Notes: a model not told the origin generated them from the letters alone. Shown: positions 27,919 through 41,766, counted from the first letter of the stretch. The stretch is 64,000 bases of DNA from Octopus vulgaris (GCA_951406725.2 OX597834.1:15624001-15688000), one strand, 5' to 3'. Translations and numbers: made by a program.

Positions 27919-27946
27919 TATATATATATATATATATATATATATG

Positions 27947-28173
27947 TTTCTTTACTACCCACAAGGGGCTAAACATAGAGGGGACAAACAAGGACAGACA
28001 AACGGATTAAGTCGATTACATCGGCCCCAGTGCGTAACTGGTACTTAATTTATCGATCCCGAAAGGATGAAAGGCAAAGTCGACTTCGGCGGAATTTGAA
28101 CTCAGAACGTAGCTCCGGGCGAAATACCGCGAAGCACTTCGCTCGGCGTGCTAACGTCTCTGCCAGCTCGCCG

Positions 28174-28175
<2 letters not shown>
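27947..28175 (-). mobile_element. Full-length SINE family B
   Basis: Reverse complement of 53937 copy. Confidence 0.92.
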
Positions 28176-28261
<86 letters not shown>

Positions 28262-28269
28262 TATATATA

Positions 28270-29514
28270 CAGGGTGTCCCCAAAAAGTGTATGCACACTT
28301 TAAACAATTGTAAAGTAGTTGTTTATTAAAAGACACTTCATTTTCAAAATTTAATAGAATCTACAGACATTATTTTATTGTTTTGTCAATGCCTGTTTTC
28401 AAACTGATGTCCGGTCTGGTCCAGGCACTGCTGACAACGCAAAGGAATGGAATCACAAATATCACAAAAGAATTTGTTTGGTATTTGTGTGCACTCTCGT
28501 CCGATGGCTGCTCTCAAATCAGCGACTTGTAGATTTCATAGCGTAGAATTTGTCTTTAAGTTATCCCCATAAAAATGTCTAGTGGTGTGAGGTCTGGTGA
28601 ATTCAACCATACCTCTTCATCCAATTCATCTGTTTAGCAAGGTCTCATCAAGGAAGGATCTAACATAGCAATGGTAATGTGGGGGTGCCCCATCTTGCTG
28701 AAAATAAAACTCCTCATCTTCAAAGTTTTCTCTAATGCTTGGCATAACAGACTGTTGCAACAAGTTCAAGTAAACGGGACCAGTCACAGTAGCATAACAA
28801 AAGAATGGTCCAATTAATCCTCTTGATGATAAACCACACCACACAAATATCAAATTAACATGGTGTTTCACCATAACATGCAGATTCTCAGGACCCCAGT
28901 AGGTGCAATTGTGGCAGTTAATTGAACCATTTAATTTGAATGTGGCTTCATCACTCCACACAATCTTTGTTGGAAAGTGTGCAGCTTCTACACATCGTTC
29001 CAAGTACCACTTGCAATGCTGCACTCTTTCGTCTGGATCATCATCATTAATAGCATGGACTAATCTTGGAATGTAACTTTTCCATTGACAATGCTTCAAA
29101 ATGCATTGGACAGATGATTTTGGAATACCTACCTCATGACTCGCTTTGCCGCACAGATTTTCTTGGACTTTGGTGATTCATTTCCAGTACTCCTTGCTTT
29201 GTTGGGGTTGTTGATGTTCGGGATCTTCTGGAATGCTTATCGTGGACATTCTGAACAGTTCCATCAGCTTCAAACTTATCTCTAATTCAAGTGATAGGGA
29301 GTTGCATTGGTGGATATGTTTGAAACTCCCTCCCTAACTGTTTTTGCATTTCAACTGCATTTTCACACTTCCAGTATCATTTTAGAATGAATTTTCTTTG
29401 TTCAAAGCTTAATCTGACTGCCATCATTAAATCCTATAGGTTTCATCTGGAAAGAAAACATATCAATTGAGTTATCAGCTGCTAAAGTGTGTATACATTT
29501 TTTGGGACACCCTG
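28270..29514 (-). mobile_element. Full-length dead Tc1/mariner-superfamily transposon (rosa/DD41D-like)
   Basis: TIRs cagggtgtccccaaaaa / ttttttgggacaccctg with TA flanks; 1245 bp. Confidence 0.92.
28386..29427 (-). pseudogene. Transposase pseudogene (DUF4817-like HTH + DDD domain)
   Basis: [51 protein letters not shown]; several stops and frameshifts. Confidence 0.88.
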
Positions 29515-29919
29515 TATATATATATATGTGTGTGTGTATGTGTGTGTGTGTGTATGTCGATGGTTAAATACTGGTCAGTTGATCCACCAGTCGGGGCCTC
29601 GCGTCAGTTAGGAGAACTAGATCGATATAAAACCCTCGACAGAAAGGCCACAAAACGATGCACATCCTCCGCTGATGACCCCAGAATCTTACCGGTATCA
29701 GGTATGCGGTGCTTTTGATTCGCAGTACTTCTACCAACAAGCTGTTTGTAAGTCTTAACCAGGTGTTCGTTTTTTGTAGTACTGTTTCGTCACTAATTAC
29801 ATTAGTCTAATTTAGAATTTTCATATTTAAACTGAAATCACTTAAATTAAAAGAAAACATTTATCATTTATCTATAAGTATACTCTTTTCTTATAACTAA
29901 ATGAAGTCACCATACATGT

Positions 29920-30009
29920 ATATATATATGTGTGTGTGTGAGTGTGTGTGTGTGAGTGTGTATGTATGTAAGTATGTATATATATATATAGATGTATGTT
30001 TGTATGTAC

Positions 30010-30048
<39 letters not shown>

Positions 30049-30126
30049 TGTATGTACGTATATATATATATGTTTGTATGTGCGTATATATATATATATG
30101 TTTGTATGTATGTATATATATATCTA

Positions 30127-30193
<67 letters not shown>

Positions 30194-30448
30194 GTATATA
30201 TATATATGTATATATATATATGTATATATATATGTATATGTGTATATGTATATATGTATATATATATGTATATATGTATATATATATGTATATATATATA
30301 TGTGTATATATATATACATATGTATATATATATATATGTATATATATATGTATATATATATGTATATATATGTATATGTATATATAAATGTATGTATATA
30401 TGTGTATATATAAATGTATGTATATATGTGTATATATATATATGTATG

Positions 30449-30481
<33 letters not shown>

Positions 30482-30498
30482 GTATGTATATATATATG

Positions 30499-30534
<36 letters not shown>

Positions 30535-30575
30535 CATGTATGTATGTATACATACATATATATATATATATATAC
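29920..30575. repeat. TA/TATG compound microsatellite
   Basis: Seen directly. Confidence 0.97.
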
Positions 30576-30723
30576 ATGCATTCATTCACAAACACAGATT
30601 AGAAGAAATGGAGAGAACGTAAGCAAAAAATTTGAACGAGAACAGCATTATATATTCTTTACTCTTTCCTTTCTTTCTCTCTCTCTCTCTCTCCACTCTA
30701 CCTCTGCCCTCTTTCACACTCTT

Positions 30724-30762
<39 letters not shown>

Positions 30763-30903
30763 AATGAGTATTAAGTCCACCTTAATACACCAACATCCTT
30801 TCGCTTCATTCAAGTTACTTACGTTTCAGAGATAAGCCAGCCAAAGAGAGAAAAATGGGAAGTCTTTCAAATAATACTCGAATTATGTTCCAAATCCCCA
30901 GCT

Positions 30904-31107
30904 TCATCATCATCATCATCATCATCATCACTGCAAACATTATCATCATCATCATCATCATCACTGCAAACATTATCATCGTCATCATCATCATCACTGT
31001 AAACATTATCATCGTCATCATCATCATCACTGCAAACATTATCATTGGAATCATCATCATCATAATCGTTCTCATTATCATCAACGTCATCGTCATTCCA
31101 ATTCTTC

Positions 31108-31175
<68 letters not shown>

Positions 31176-31255
31176 ATTTCCATCGTCATCATCGTCATCA
31201 TTATCGCTATTATTATCGCCGTCATCATCATCATCGTCGTCATCATCATATCATC
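30904..31255. repeat. (ATC)n/(ATT)n repeat with ~33-bp actgcaaacatt units
   Basis: Seen directly. Confidence 0.95.
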
Positions 31256-31525
31256 ATTAATATTATATATATATATATATATGTATTATATATATGTACG
31301 CAAGTATATGCATATATACATATTTGTGTATGTGTATATATATATATATAAGTGTGTGTGTGTGTGTGTATGTGTGTGCGTCTATGTGTCTTTCTTAACA
31401 TGTGCGTGTATATAAATATATATATATTTATATATATATATATATATGTATGTATACATATATGTATATACATGCATACATACATAGACATATATATATA
31501 CATGGTATATATGCATGAATATGTT

Positions 31526-31660
<135 letters not shown>

Positions 31661-31959
31661 CACCTCGAGGTTCATAAGTAATTTTCCATTTAGGAGAATA
31701 TTAAGATTTCAAAAGCGAACTGCTTTTCACCGCGCGAGAAGTATTAGGACTGCCAAGATAAGATACAAGTGTAGAAGGAAACCTTTTCAGTGTGCAAACA
31801 CAAACGTAAAAAAAATACAAAATCCAAGCGAAATACGTTACATAGAAAGTAGAATTCTTAAACGCACTTCTACGTCTTTATTCGCAGGTTTGTGTCACAA
31901 ACAAACTGCTATTTCATACTCGTATGTGTTAAATGTGCGAACGTGTGTTTGCTACGATG

Positions 31960-33185
31960 ATTATTATCATTGAGTGAGAGAACAGCATTTGCCGTCAAAG
32001 TGGCACTGGAGTGCAAATGTACGAAACCCAATATAACCACCATCACTAACCGTTTGATAAGTGTATACCAGGTACATGTATCTCAACAATATGAGTGCAA
32101 CAGGATGATTAGATGAAGCCCATTGAGTAGCCCATCCCTCTCAAAAGATCCTTGAATAAGAGTTGTTTAAGGATGTTGAACGAAACACCCAGAGAATCTC
32201 TCTCAACACAAGGCTATGATGCTCCCCGACTACTTCGGCTCGTAATCAGAAATGCAGTTATCGTCAGCCACTAAAGGACATGGTCAACGTGTTAAGGTCA
32301 AACAACTGACAAGCAAATCTGTGGTCGTCTGCCGCTACGTTCTGAGTTCAAATTCCGCCGAGGTCGACTTTGCCTTTCAACCTTTCGGGGTCGATTAAAT
32401 AAGTACCAGTTACGCACTGGGGTCGATACAATCGACTTAATCCGTTTGTTTGTCCTTGTTTGTCTCTTTTGTGTTTAGCCCCTTGTGGGTAGTAAAGAAA
32501 TAGGTATTGGGCAGAATATTTGCAGTGGCCCATCTTTTACACCAAGACAAAGCATATATATATAAACACTTCCAATCAATTAAGATCAAAAGCTATGAGA
32601 GCCACTGCCTGGTACTGAATCAGGGCATTATTATTATTGAGTGAGAGAGAGAGAGAGAGAGAGCAATGCATGTCATCAAAGCAACACTGGGGTACAAATA
32701 TACGAAGCCCAATATACCCATTGTGATTACTTATGTGGTAAAGGTACACAAGGCACATGCATCACAATCATATGTCCGCGACGTGGTACTCTCATATCAA
32801 GATAATCCACGGATGACCTCGCAAGCAGAGCTCAGAATTTTCTTTGGGTTGAGTAGCCCATCCCGCTCAAAAGGTCCCTGAATAAGATTTCTTTAATGAT
32901 GATGAATAAGTACCTATACTTCCAGAGGTGAATTATTCAAACCCCAAACAATTCTCCTCAGCACTTGACTATGATGCTCCCCCGCTACTCCTGCACGTGA
33001 TCAGAGATGCACATATCGTAGGCTGCTAAGGGACATGCTTAAGTGGTTAAGGTAATACAACTGATAAGCAAATGTGTGGTATTGAGCAGAATATTTGCTG
33101 TAGCCCATCTTTTATACCAATGCAAAACAATGCACATGATAACACTTCCAATCAGTTAAGCTCAGAAGCCGTAAGAGCCACTGCC
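31960..33185 (-). repeat. Two head-to-tail copies of an unclassified ~560-bp (AAT)n-tailed repeat
   Basis: 31960-32626 and 32627-33185 align throughout (gagtagcccatccc, gatgctcccc, acacttccaatca, gagccactgcc). Confidence 0.85.
32326..32505 (+). mobile_element. 5'-truncated SINE family B inside the first tandem unit
   Basis: Absent from the second unit at the homologous gtggt|att site. Confidence 0.9.
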
Positions 33186-33919
33186 GAGAGGTGTTTATCT
33201 GTATTTTCAAACCACTCCTCGTAACTCTGGCTTAGGCGGCACAAAACACATTTTTCTTGGATGTTTTCTTTTCTTTTTTTTTTTTTTTACCTTTCATACG
33301 GAAATATTCTGTTGAACATTTTAAATGGAAAATACGAACGAATACGAAAGTACGACAACAAAAACTTGTTTATTTTTTGGTGTCGATTTTCTTTCTTAAT
33401 AATTTCATTTTTCTAGATTAGAAAAAGAATATATATAAATTCTTGTCAAATATGTCGTCGCTTCATACAAGCACCACTTTCCGTACGAAAGAATATTGTT
33501 TGTACACACCTGTATGTGAATGTGTGTCAGCAGGTATGTGTTTGCGCGTGCGTATGTTTATCCAGTTAAGCTTGCAGAACTGTTGATATCTTAAAGAATA
33601 TTGTTAAACAGAACAATACAACTATTAACGGCAGAAAATATAAGACACAAAATCCTAACCTACGACAAACATTAACGAACGCGCAAATTTACTAATTGTA
33701 GAGAATGAAAAAGAAAAATAAACACCTCAACAAAGCATTACAGACATCAAACGAATGTGTCGCTAATGCAACATTCATTGTCTTTAAATACAAAAAAAAT
33801 ATATGTATAGCCATCTGTTGTGATACTCAATGTACGCACATTGTCGATAGGCCTCGGGACATATACTGCAGAGACTGGCCTAACGACAGAATGGATGGAT
33901 GGAGAGGGGGAGAGAGAGA

Positions 33920-34212
33920 GAGGCAGACAGATAGACTGACTAACTGATAAATAGATATAAAGATAGATAAATAGAGAGATAAATAATCATACAAAGAGGG
34001 AGAGAGAGAGAGATAGCGACAGAGAAGCAGATTGTCAGACAGATAGAGAAAGAAAGAGAGAGAGAGACAGACAGAGAGAGAGAGAGAGAGAATGACAGAT
34101 AGATAGATAGATAGATATATAGATAGACAGACAAGTAGGTATATAGATAGACAGACAGACAGACAGGTAGGTATATAGATAGACAGACAGGTAGGTATAT
34201 AGATAGATAGAT

Positions 34213-34283
<71 letters not shown>

Positions 34284-34289
34284 AAGATA
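33920..34289. repeat. GA/GATA/GACA compound microsatellite
   Basis: Seen directly. Confidence 0.95.
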
Positions 34290-34612
34290 GCACTCCGTCG
34301 GTTACGACGACGAAGATTCCAGTTGATACAATCAACGGAACAGCCTGCTCGTGAAATTAACGTGCAAGTGGCTGAGTACTCCACAGACACGTTTACCCTG
34401 AACGTAGTTATCAGGGAGAATCAGCGTGACACAGAATGTGACATGGCTGCTCCCTTTGAATTACAGACACAATTCGTTTTTGCCAGCTGAATGGAGTGGT
34501 GCAACGGTGAAATGAAGTCTCTTGCTCAAGGACACAAAGCGCCGCTAGGAATAGAACTCATGACCTTAAGATCGTGAACTAAATACCCTAACCACTAAGC
34601 CACGTGCCTTCA
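34290..34612 (-). mobile_element. SINE head D + tail X
   Basis: Reverse complement of 24851 copy. Confidence 0.87.
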
Positions 34613-34629
34613 CACACACACACACACAT

Positions 34630-35200
34630 ATGCATGTATGCATGCATGCATGCATGCATGTATGTATGTATGTATGTACGTATGTATGTATGTATGTATG
34701 CATGGATGTATGTATGTATGTATATATATATATATATATGTATCTATGTATGTATGTATATATATATGTATGTATGCATGTATGTATGTATGCATGGATG
34801 TACGTATATATGTATGTATGTATGTATATATATATATATATGTATGTATGCATGTGTGTTCATGTGTGTATGTATGTATGTATGTATGTATGTATATATA
34901 TGTATCTATGTATGCATATTTATATATATATGTATGTATGTATGCATGTATGTATATATGTATGTATGTATATATATATATATGTATGTATGTATGTATG
35001 CATGTATGTATGTATGCATGGATGTATGTATGTATGTATGTATGTATGTATATATGTATGTATGCATGTGTGTTCATGGGTGTATGTATGTATGCATGTA
35101 TGTATGCATGGATGGATGTATGTATGTATGTATGTATGTATGTATGTATGTGTGTTCATGTGTGTATGTATGTATGTATATATATATATATATATATATG
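34630..35200. repeat. (TATG)n/(CATG) microsatellite
   Basis: Seen directly. Confidence 0.97.
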
Positions 35201-35597
35201 TACTGGAGGAATTTGGGGATCCTTTCTCTTGAATAATCCAATATGAGAAGCATTTTAGCCCTTTGACCTCATCCTTGGCTGCATTTGGTGAAGTTCATTC
35301 CGTCTCAAGCATTCCGGAATGACCTCGGGGCCCCAAAGAAAGTTATGGGCTCTGCGTTTTCGCATCTATATAAACTATAATAAAAGTCTATTCATACCCA
35401 AAGAATCTTGCATTCATACAAAGCTGAATTTACGAGCCCGTCTCTATACTACCGTGTGGCATATTTGTACTAGACCACAACTATTTTGGGTAAGATACAC
35501 CAACACACTAAATTTAGGGTCTTTTTCTAAGGTTTTCACATCAACTATAGATCTTTAGACGATGAAATAAATTATGATAATGTTTAGCAAAGAGTGT

Positions 35598-35860
35598 AGA
35601 GGCGCGTGGCTTAGTGGTTAGGGTGTCAGCATCATGATCGTAAGATTGTGGTTTCGATTCCTGGAGCGGGCGACGCGTTGTGTTCTTGAGCAAAACACTT
35701 CATTTTATGTTGCTCCAGTCCACTCAGCTGGCAAAAATGAGTAACGCTGCGATGGACTGGCGTCCCGTCCAGTTGGGGAACGCATACGCCATAGAAACCG
35801 GGAAACCGGGCTCAAGAGCCTGGCTAGGCTTTAAAAGGACGCATTTATTATTATTTTATA
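35598..35860 (+). mobile_element. SINE head D + tail Z with 14-bp TSD
   Basis: ttagcaaagagtgt at 35584-35597 and 35861-35874; tggcttagtgg A-box, gtttcgattcc B-box; CORE-like tgttcttgagcaaaacactt. Confidence 0.93.
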
Positions 35861-36515
35861 TTAGCAAAGAGTGTGACGCTACTTACGGGAACAACACACC
35901 TTTGGATAGCATCCACACATTTACAGTCATCTACACACACGCCCACAAACTAAACACCTTGTACGACCTATAGTTCATATATCCATGAACAGAGAGCTTG
36001 AAACAGTCATTCAACAAAGCCATGCCTGCTGTCTAAAGTCTCATTCTTTTGTCAAAGAAATAGCATATATTTGAGAAATAACACCTCGGTAGTAATGGCT
36101 GATATACATTTGATCGTAAACCTGTTTGTGTTAAGGTCTGGCTGCCATTTTGAAATATGGCTTTTACAACACCGTTGACAGGGAATTTCTTTATTTCTTT
36201 TTTTAAGAAACAGCTTTAGCACTTTAATATATTAAGGAAGTCAATAGATGCAACAATTTTACACGTGTATGAAATTGTGAGGCAGTATATAACTGTATTT
36301 GTGTGTATATACTTAAGCCGTATAATATGTGGATTTCGTGGATTGCTATATATGGTAGTGTGTTTAATCTTATCTCGCTCTGAAGTTCGTATGTACTATA
36401 GTGTATATTTGTAAATAAGTTACTGTATTGACCTGCATAGACACATCTAGGCCATGTCATGTGCGCAAGTACGTTTATGTGTGTGTATGCACATATGTAT
36501 GCATATATGTTTCTT

Positions 36516-36552
<37 letters not shown>

Positions 36553-36654
36553 AGAATGGAGTTGACGTTTTTATACCGTTCACAATGTAGAATGTAGCTG
36601 GATGTCGTTATGCACATATTATATAGAGATACAGAGAAGGGTATAGATATACAT

Positions 36655-37400
36655 ACATATATGTATGTGTATGTGCATATATATGTATGTATATATGCAT
36701 GTATGTATGCATACATGTATGTATGTATGCGTGCATGTATGTATGTATGTATGTATGTATGTATGTATGCATGTATGTATGCATGTACGTATGCATGCAT
36801 GTATGTATGTATGTGTGCATGTATGTATGCATGCATGTATGTACGTATGTATGCATGCATGTATGTATGTATGCACTTATGTATGTATGTATGCATGTAT
36901 GTATGTATGCATGTATGTATATATGTATGCATGCATATATGTATGTATGCATGTATGTATGCATGCATGTATGTATGCATGCGTGCATGTATGTATGTAT
37001 GTATGTATGTATGTATGTGTGCATGTATGTATGTATGCATGTATGTATGCATACATGTATGTATGTATGCATGTGTGCATGTATGTATGCATGTATGTAT
37101 GTATGTATGCATGTATGTATATATGTATGCATGCATATATGTATGTATGCATGCATGTATGTATGCATGCATGTATGTATGTATGTGTGCATGTATGTAT
37201 GCATGTATGTATGTATGTATGCATGTATGTATATATGTATGCATGCATATATGTATGTATCCATGCATGCATGTATGTATGCATGTATGTATGTATGTAT
37301 GTATGTATGTGTGCATGTATATATATATATATATGCATGCATGCATGTATGTATGTATGTATGTATGTATGTATGAATGCATGTATGCATGCATGTATGC
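36655..37400. repeat. (TATG)n/(CATG)n microsatellite
   Basis: Seen directly. Confidence 0.97.
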
Positions 37401-38197
37401 ACGATCTGCTGCTCTCGGTTTCTTGTCTTGTCAATTTTGAACGAAGAAATAACTCCACTCCATATCTTATGTACCATTCTTTCCTAGTTACGTGTGTGTG
37501 TGTGAGAGAATGCATTTACTTGCATATATGTATACTTATTTATGTGTACGCGTGAGTGTTCGTATTTGCCTGCATTGTGTCTGCGTTTGTACGCGCCCGT
37601 ATGTGAATGTGTGTATGCAGGTATGTGTTTGCGCGTGCGTATGTTTATCCAGTTAAGCTTGCGGAACTGTTGATATCTTAATACGAAGGAAATAAATCAA
37701 ATAAAAATTGAAACAAAATGGAGAATACAAAAAAATGCAACAACAAATACTATATAAACTTCGCCATCGTTTATCGCCAAAATCAATAACCATCGTATAA
37801 TACCCAGTCAAAAACATTTTTAAATACACACACCAACCGCTCATTCACTCATACACACACATATATATAGATACACATTTGTACACAAACCGCCATTTTA
37901 GTTGTCTTTATTTCTTTATTTTTTCTGTATATTTTTTTTGTCCTACATAAACGCCGTTTATTTCAATAACAGCATTAAGCCCATTATTGGCGTTAATACT
38001 AACTAACAATAATCCTGGCTTCCTGAATTTTAACGATTTAAAAATAAAAGATAAATAAAATTATTGAAATAAGAAAATAATTTAAAATGAAATTTTAAAA
38101 AAAAGTAAGTATAATGAATATAAAATATATAAAAATTTGATAACTGAAAAGCGATAAATTTCAAAATAAAATAACAACAGCAACATTAACAAAATTG

Positions 38198-38252
<55 letters not shown>

Positions 38253-38415
38253 TAAAAATAATAATAATAATAATGTTAATGATAATGATGATAATAATAA
38301 TAATGATAATAATAATAATAATAATGATAATAATAATGATGATAATAATAATAATGATAATAATTATAATAATAATAATAATAATAATAATAATCATAAT
38401 AATAATAATAATAAT
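38198..38415. repeat. (ATA)n microsatellite
   Basis: Seen directly. Confidence 0.97.
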
Positions 38416-39044
38416 TTCTAACTTTGGTACCATGCAAGTTATATTATTGTTAATGATGATGGTGTTGATTAAGATCATGGTAGTAGTGGTGGTGGTGGTG
38501 GTCGCGGCGGTTGTAGTGCTGTGATAGTGATGCTGGTGGTGATAGTGATGATGATGATGTGATGGTGATGATGAGGAGGAGGATTCATTGTTTAATTATA
38601 TTTCATTTTTTTTAATTTACATATTTACTTATTTTTGATATTAATTAGACGAAAGAAAAATTAACAATCCTATAAGAATACAAAAGGATATGTCATTCCA
38701 CATTTATTTATTCATTGCTATTTTGTTTTACTTTGCTTTGTCTATTTTTATTGTTGTTGTTTTCATTTATTCTTTAATTTTTCTTCTTTTCTTTCCTAAA
38801 TAATTCCAGCGTCGACATTTTTAACGACACTCGCATATAAGCTCTCCATAATTTACAGCTATTAAACGTTATCTCTTCAACGTTATGTACGAAATAATAT
38901 CATAATCCCAAAACTTTTAAGATGCTGTAAATATCCCAAATACACATACATGTTACACACATATACACTAGCATGCACACGCGGATATATATGCACACAC
39001 TCACAAATGGTCAAATTGATATTCAGTCATACACACACACACAT

Positions 39045-39077
39045 ATATATATACCTATATATATATATAAGTATATT

Positions 39078-39108
<31 letters not shown>

Positions 39109-39195
39109 ATACATATATATATATATACATATATATATACATATATATAATTATTTATATATATACATATATATATAAATATACATATATATATA

Positions 39196-39265
<70 letters not shown>

Positions 39266-39278
39266 TATATATATATAC

Positions 39279-39349
<71 letters not shown>

Positions 39350-39399
39350 CATATATATATAAATATATATATACATATATATATATATACATATATAAG

Positions 39400-39433
<34 letters not shown>

Positions 39434-39482
39434 TATACATATACATATATATATATAAGCATATATATATACATATATATAT
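39045..39482. repeat. (TA)n compound microsatellite
   Basis: Seen directly. Confidence 0.97.
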
Positions 39483-39572
39483 AAGAATTTTTCTAGAATT
39501 TTTTGCTACCCTAAAATTTATTAATTAATGATTTTTTGGGCTAATTTTGAAATTAAATCGGCAGTTTATATT

Positions 39573-39622
39573 TGCTGCTGAGAAAACCACGCGAGTGTGG
39601 TGAATTTTGAAAATTTATAGCA
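39573..39622 (+). ncRNA. Degenerate type I hammerhead-like fold
   Basis: tgctg CTGAGAA a accac gcgagt gtggt GAA ttttgaaaa ttta tagca: three stems present, core damaged. Confidence 0.4.
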
Positions 39623-39675
39623 TATAGACTCGAGGCACGCTTACTATCGCTTCGTGACTATATGGTAGTCCTTGG

Positions 39676-39759
39676 CTTTCTGCTGAAGAGGCAACGCCAG
39701 TGGTAAATAAATTTATTTTATTTACTAAAGATTGCCGAAACTATGCATAGTCCAGAAAG
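39676..39759 (+). ncRNA. Type I hammerhead ribozyme, canonical core
   Basis: ctttctg CTGAAGA ggcaa...ttgcc GAAA ctatgcatag TC cagaaag: 7-bp stem I, 5-bp stem II, palindromic stem III, GUC site. Confidence 0.85.
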
Positions 39760-39934
39760 GAGAAAGTAAACGTTTTTATTTCTCTTTCCATTTCAGAATT
39801 ACAACTATTAGTGGTTTGGAGCTTAACTGCTCTTTCTAGTGAGTCGGATGTCCTATTATGGCCATTCCTTATATTTTTGAATGTATATTATAATATATAA
39901 GTATATATATATATATATATATATATAAGTATAT

Positions 39935-40008
39935 GCCAAGTGACGGGGACGTAAACACACCAGCATCAGTTGTCAAGCAATGCTAGGGGGACAAACACAG
40001 ACGCACAA

Positions 40009-40074
<66 letters not shown>

Positions 40075-40224
40075 GACAGGCTTCTTTCAGTTTCCGTCTA
40101 CCAAATCCACTCACAAGGTATTTGTCGGCCCGAGGCAATAGCAGAAGACATTTGCCCAAGATGCCACGCAGTGGGACTGAACCCGGAACCACATGGTTCA
40201 GACGGAAACTGAAAGAAGCCTGTC

Positions 40225-40226
<2 letters not shown>
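39935..40226 (-). mobile_element. SINE family A with a fold-back inversion at its 5' end
   Basis: 40073-40099 is inverted at 40200-40226. Confidence 0.85.
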
Positions 40227-40284
<58 letters not shown>

Positions 40285-40304
40285 GTGTGTATATATATGA
40301 AATA

Positions 40305-40907
40305 ATTATAATGAAATTATTGTATACAGTACTCAGGTGCATCACAACTTGTCAGAAAGTGCATATAAAGTACATGCAGTAATGTACAAATGTCTGGGAA
40401 GTGAACAGTGTATGAGTCAGATACATGCTTGCGTGTGTATGGAAGGGAGAAAATCAGGTGTAGTATTGGCGAATCTCAGGAAACATGGAAGTTTTGAAGG
40501 ATGCAGTGCTCCGACAACTAAAAACTGATGCCGGCAGTTGGTTCCATGCTTCAGCAACTCTCAGCGTGAATAAATGTTTCCGAAAGTCATGGGAGCTGTG
40601 CTCTTTTCTGACTTTGTAAACATGTCCACGGGTGTTAGACAGGTGGAGTTTGAAAAGGTGCTCAGAGTTATTGTATGTAAGGTGGTTAATAATTTTATGG
40701 GTGTCTGCCAAGTCAGTTGCCCTACGTCGGAGTTTCAATGTGGCCATGCCCAGGGAAGTAAGGCATTCTCCCACATCACTCTCTGCCTCTCACATCAACC
40801 ATCTCTCAGCCGGCAGTTTGTTCCATGCTTCAGCAACTCTTAGCGTGAAAAAATGTTTTCGAAAGTCATGGGAGGTGAGTTGTTTTCTGACTTCGTAAAC
40901 ATGTTCA
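40305..40907 (-). mobile_element. CR1-clade LINE 3' end with partial duplication (40809-40907)
   Basis: LKLRRRATDL...KI...TRGH.YK...R..FTLRVAEAWNQLP...S..SFK is the CR1 ORF2 C-terminus pattern. Confidence 0.88.
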
Positions 40908-40992
<85 letters not shown>

Positions 40993-41718
40993 AATAAGTA
41001 ACAAGGAAGTCCAGGTATCATTGCATTGCGGTCGTTTGTGCAGTGAGCGTTACAACGTTAGAGATGCCGTTTGTCCTTCAAAGAGTCAGTAGACGAATTG
41101 TATCGAGATTAGCTTCAAATAGTACAGCTGCTCTAAAGAAAGAGGTGAAGTACAATATATGACGCAGGAGAAAAATCTATAGCAATCAAGCGAAGTAAAA
41201 TCTTTTCCGAGTTCAAAAAGAGCAGCAGACGATAAATTGAGACATCAGCTGCAGGAGAAATGGCGAAAATGAAGCCGAATAAGAAATTTGCACGTAAAAT
41301 AATTTTGTCAAATACGATGGTTAAAACGATTATATAATGTTGCTGCACGAAGAAAATGAAAAAATAAGAAAATAAGAAAATTATTAAGGTAGGAAAATGA
41401 AGGTGTAGTAAGTTCTAATTCTTTCATAAGCGTTTACCAAATTGTTGCCTATGTCGAAGTTTTCTCTTCTAATTACCTTAGTTTCGAGGTGTGGCGGCAG
41501 TGACATGGCATTTTCGAACGAGGCAGATATAAAAGATGTCCGCTGTAAAGAGGTCTTTGAAAACTTCAGCCAAATCTATACATTTAACTGCCGGCATTTA
41601 CAGGAATAATTGGTCAACGTATTTACTGTCTTTACAGAAATATCTACAATTTAATAACAGCTTAAACAAGGGTGTTAGTCTTATCGTTACTATCGCTGTT
41701 GTTTTTGTTGTTGTTGTT

Positions 41719-41766
<48 letters not shown>

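Noticed and set aside
35199-35480. Possible solo LTR (TG start, TATA and AATAAA, CA end)
   Set aside because: No TSD, no terminal inverted match and no second copy
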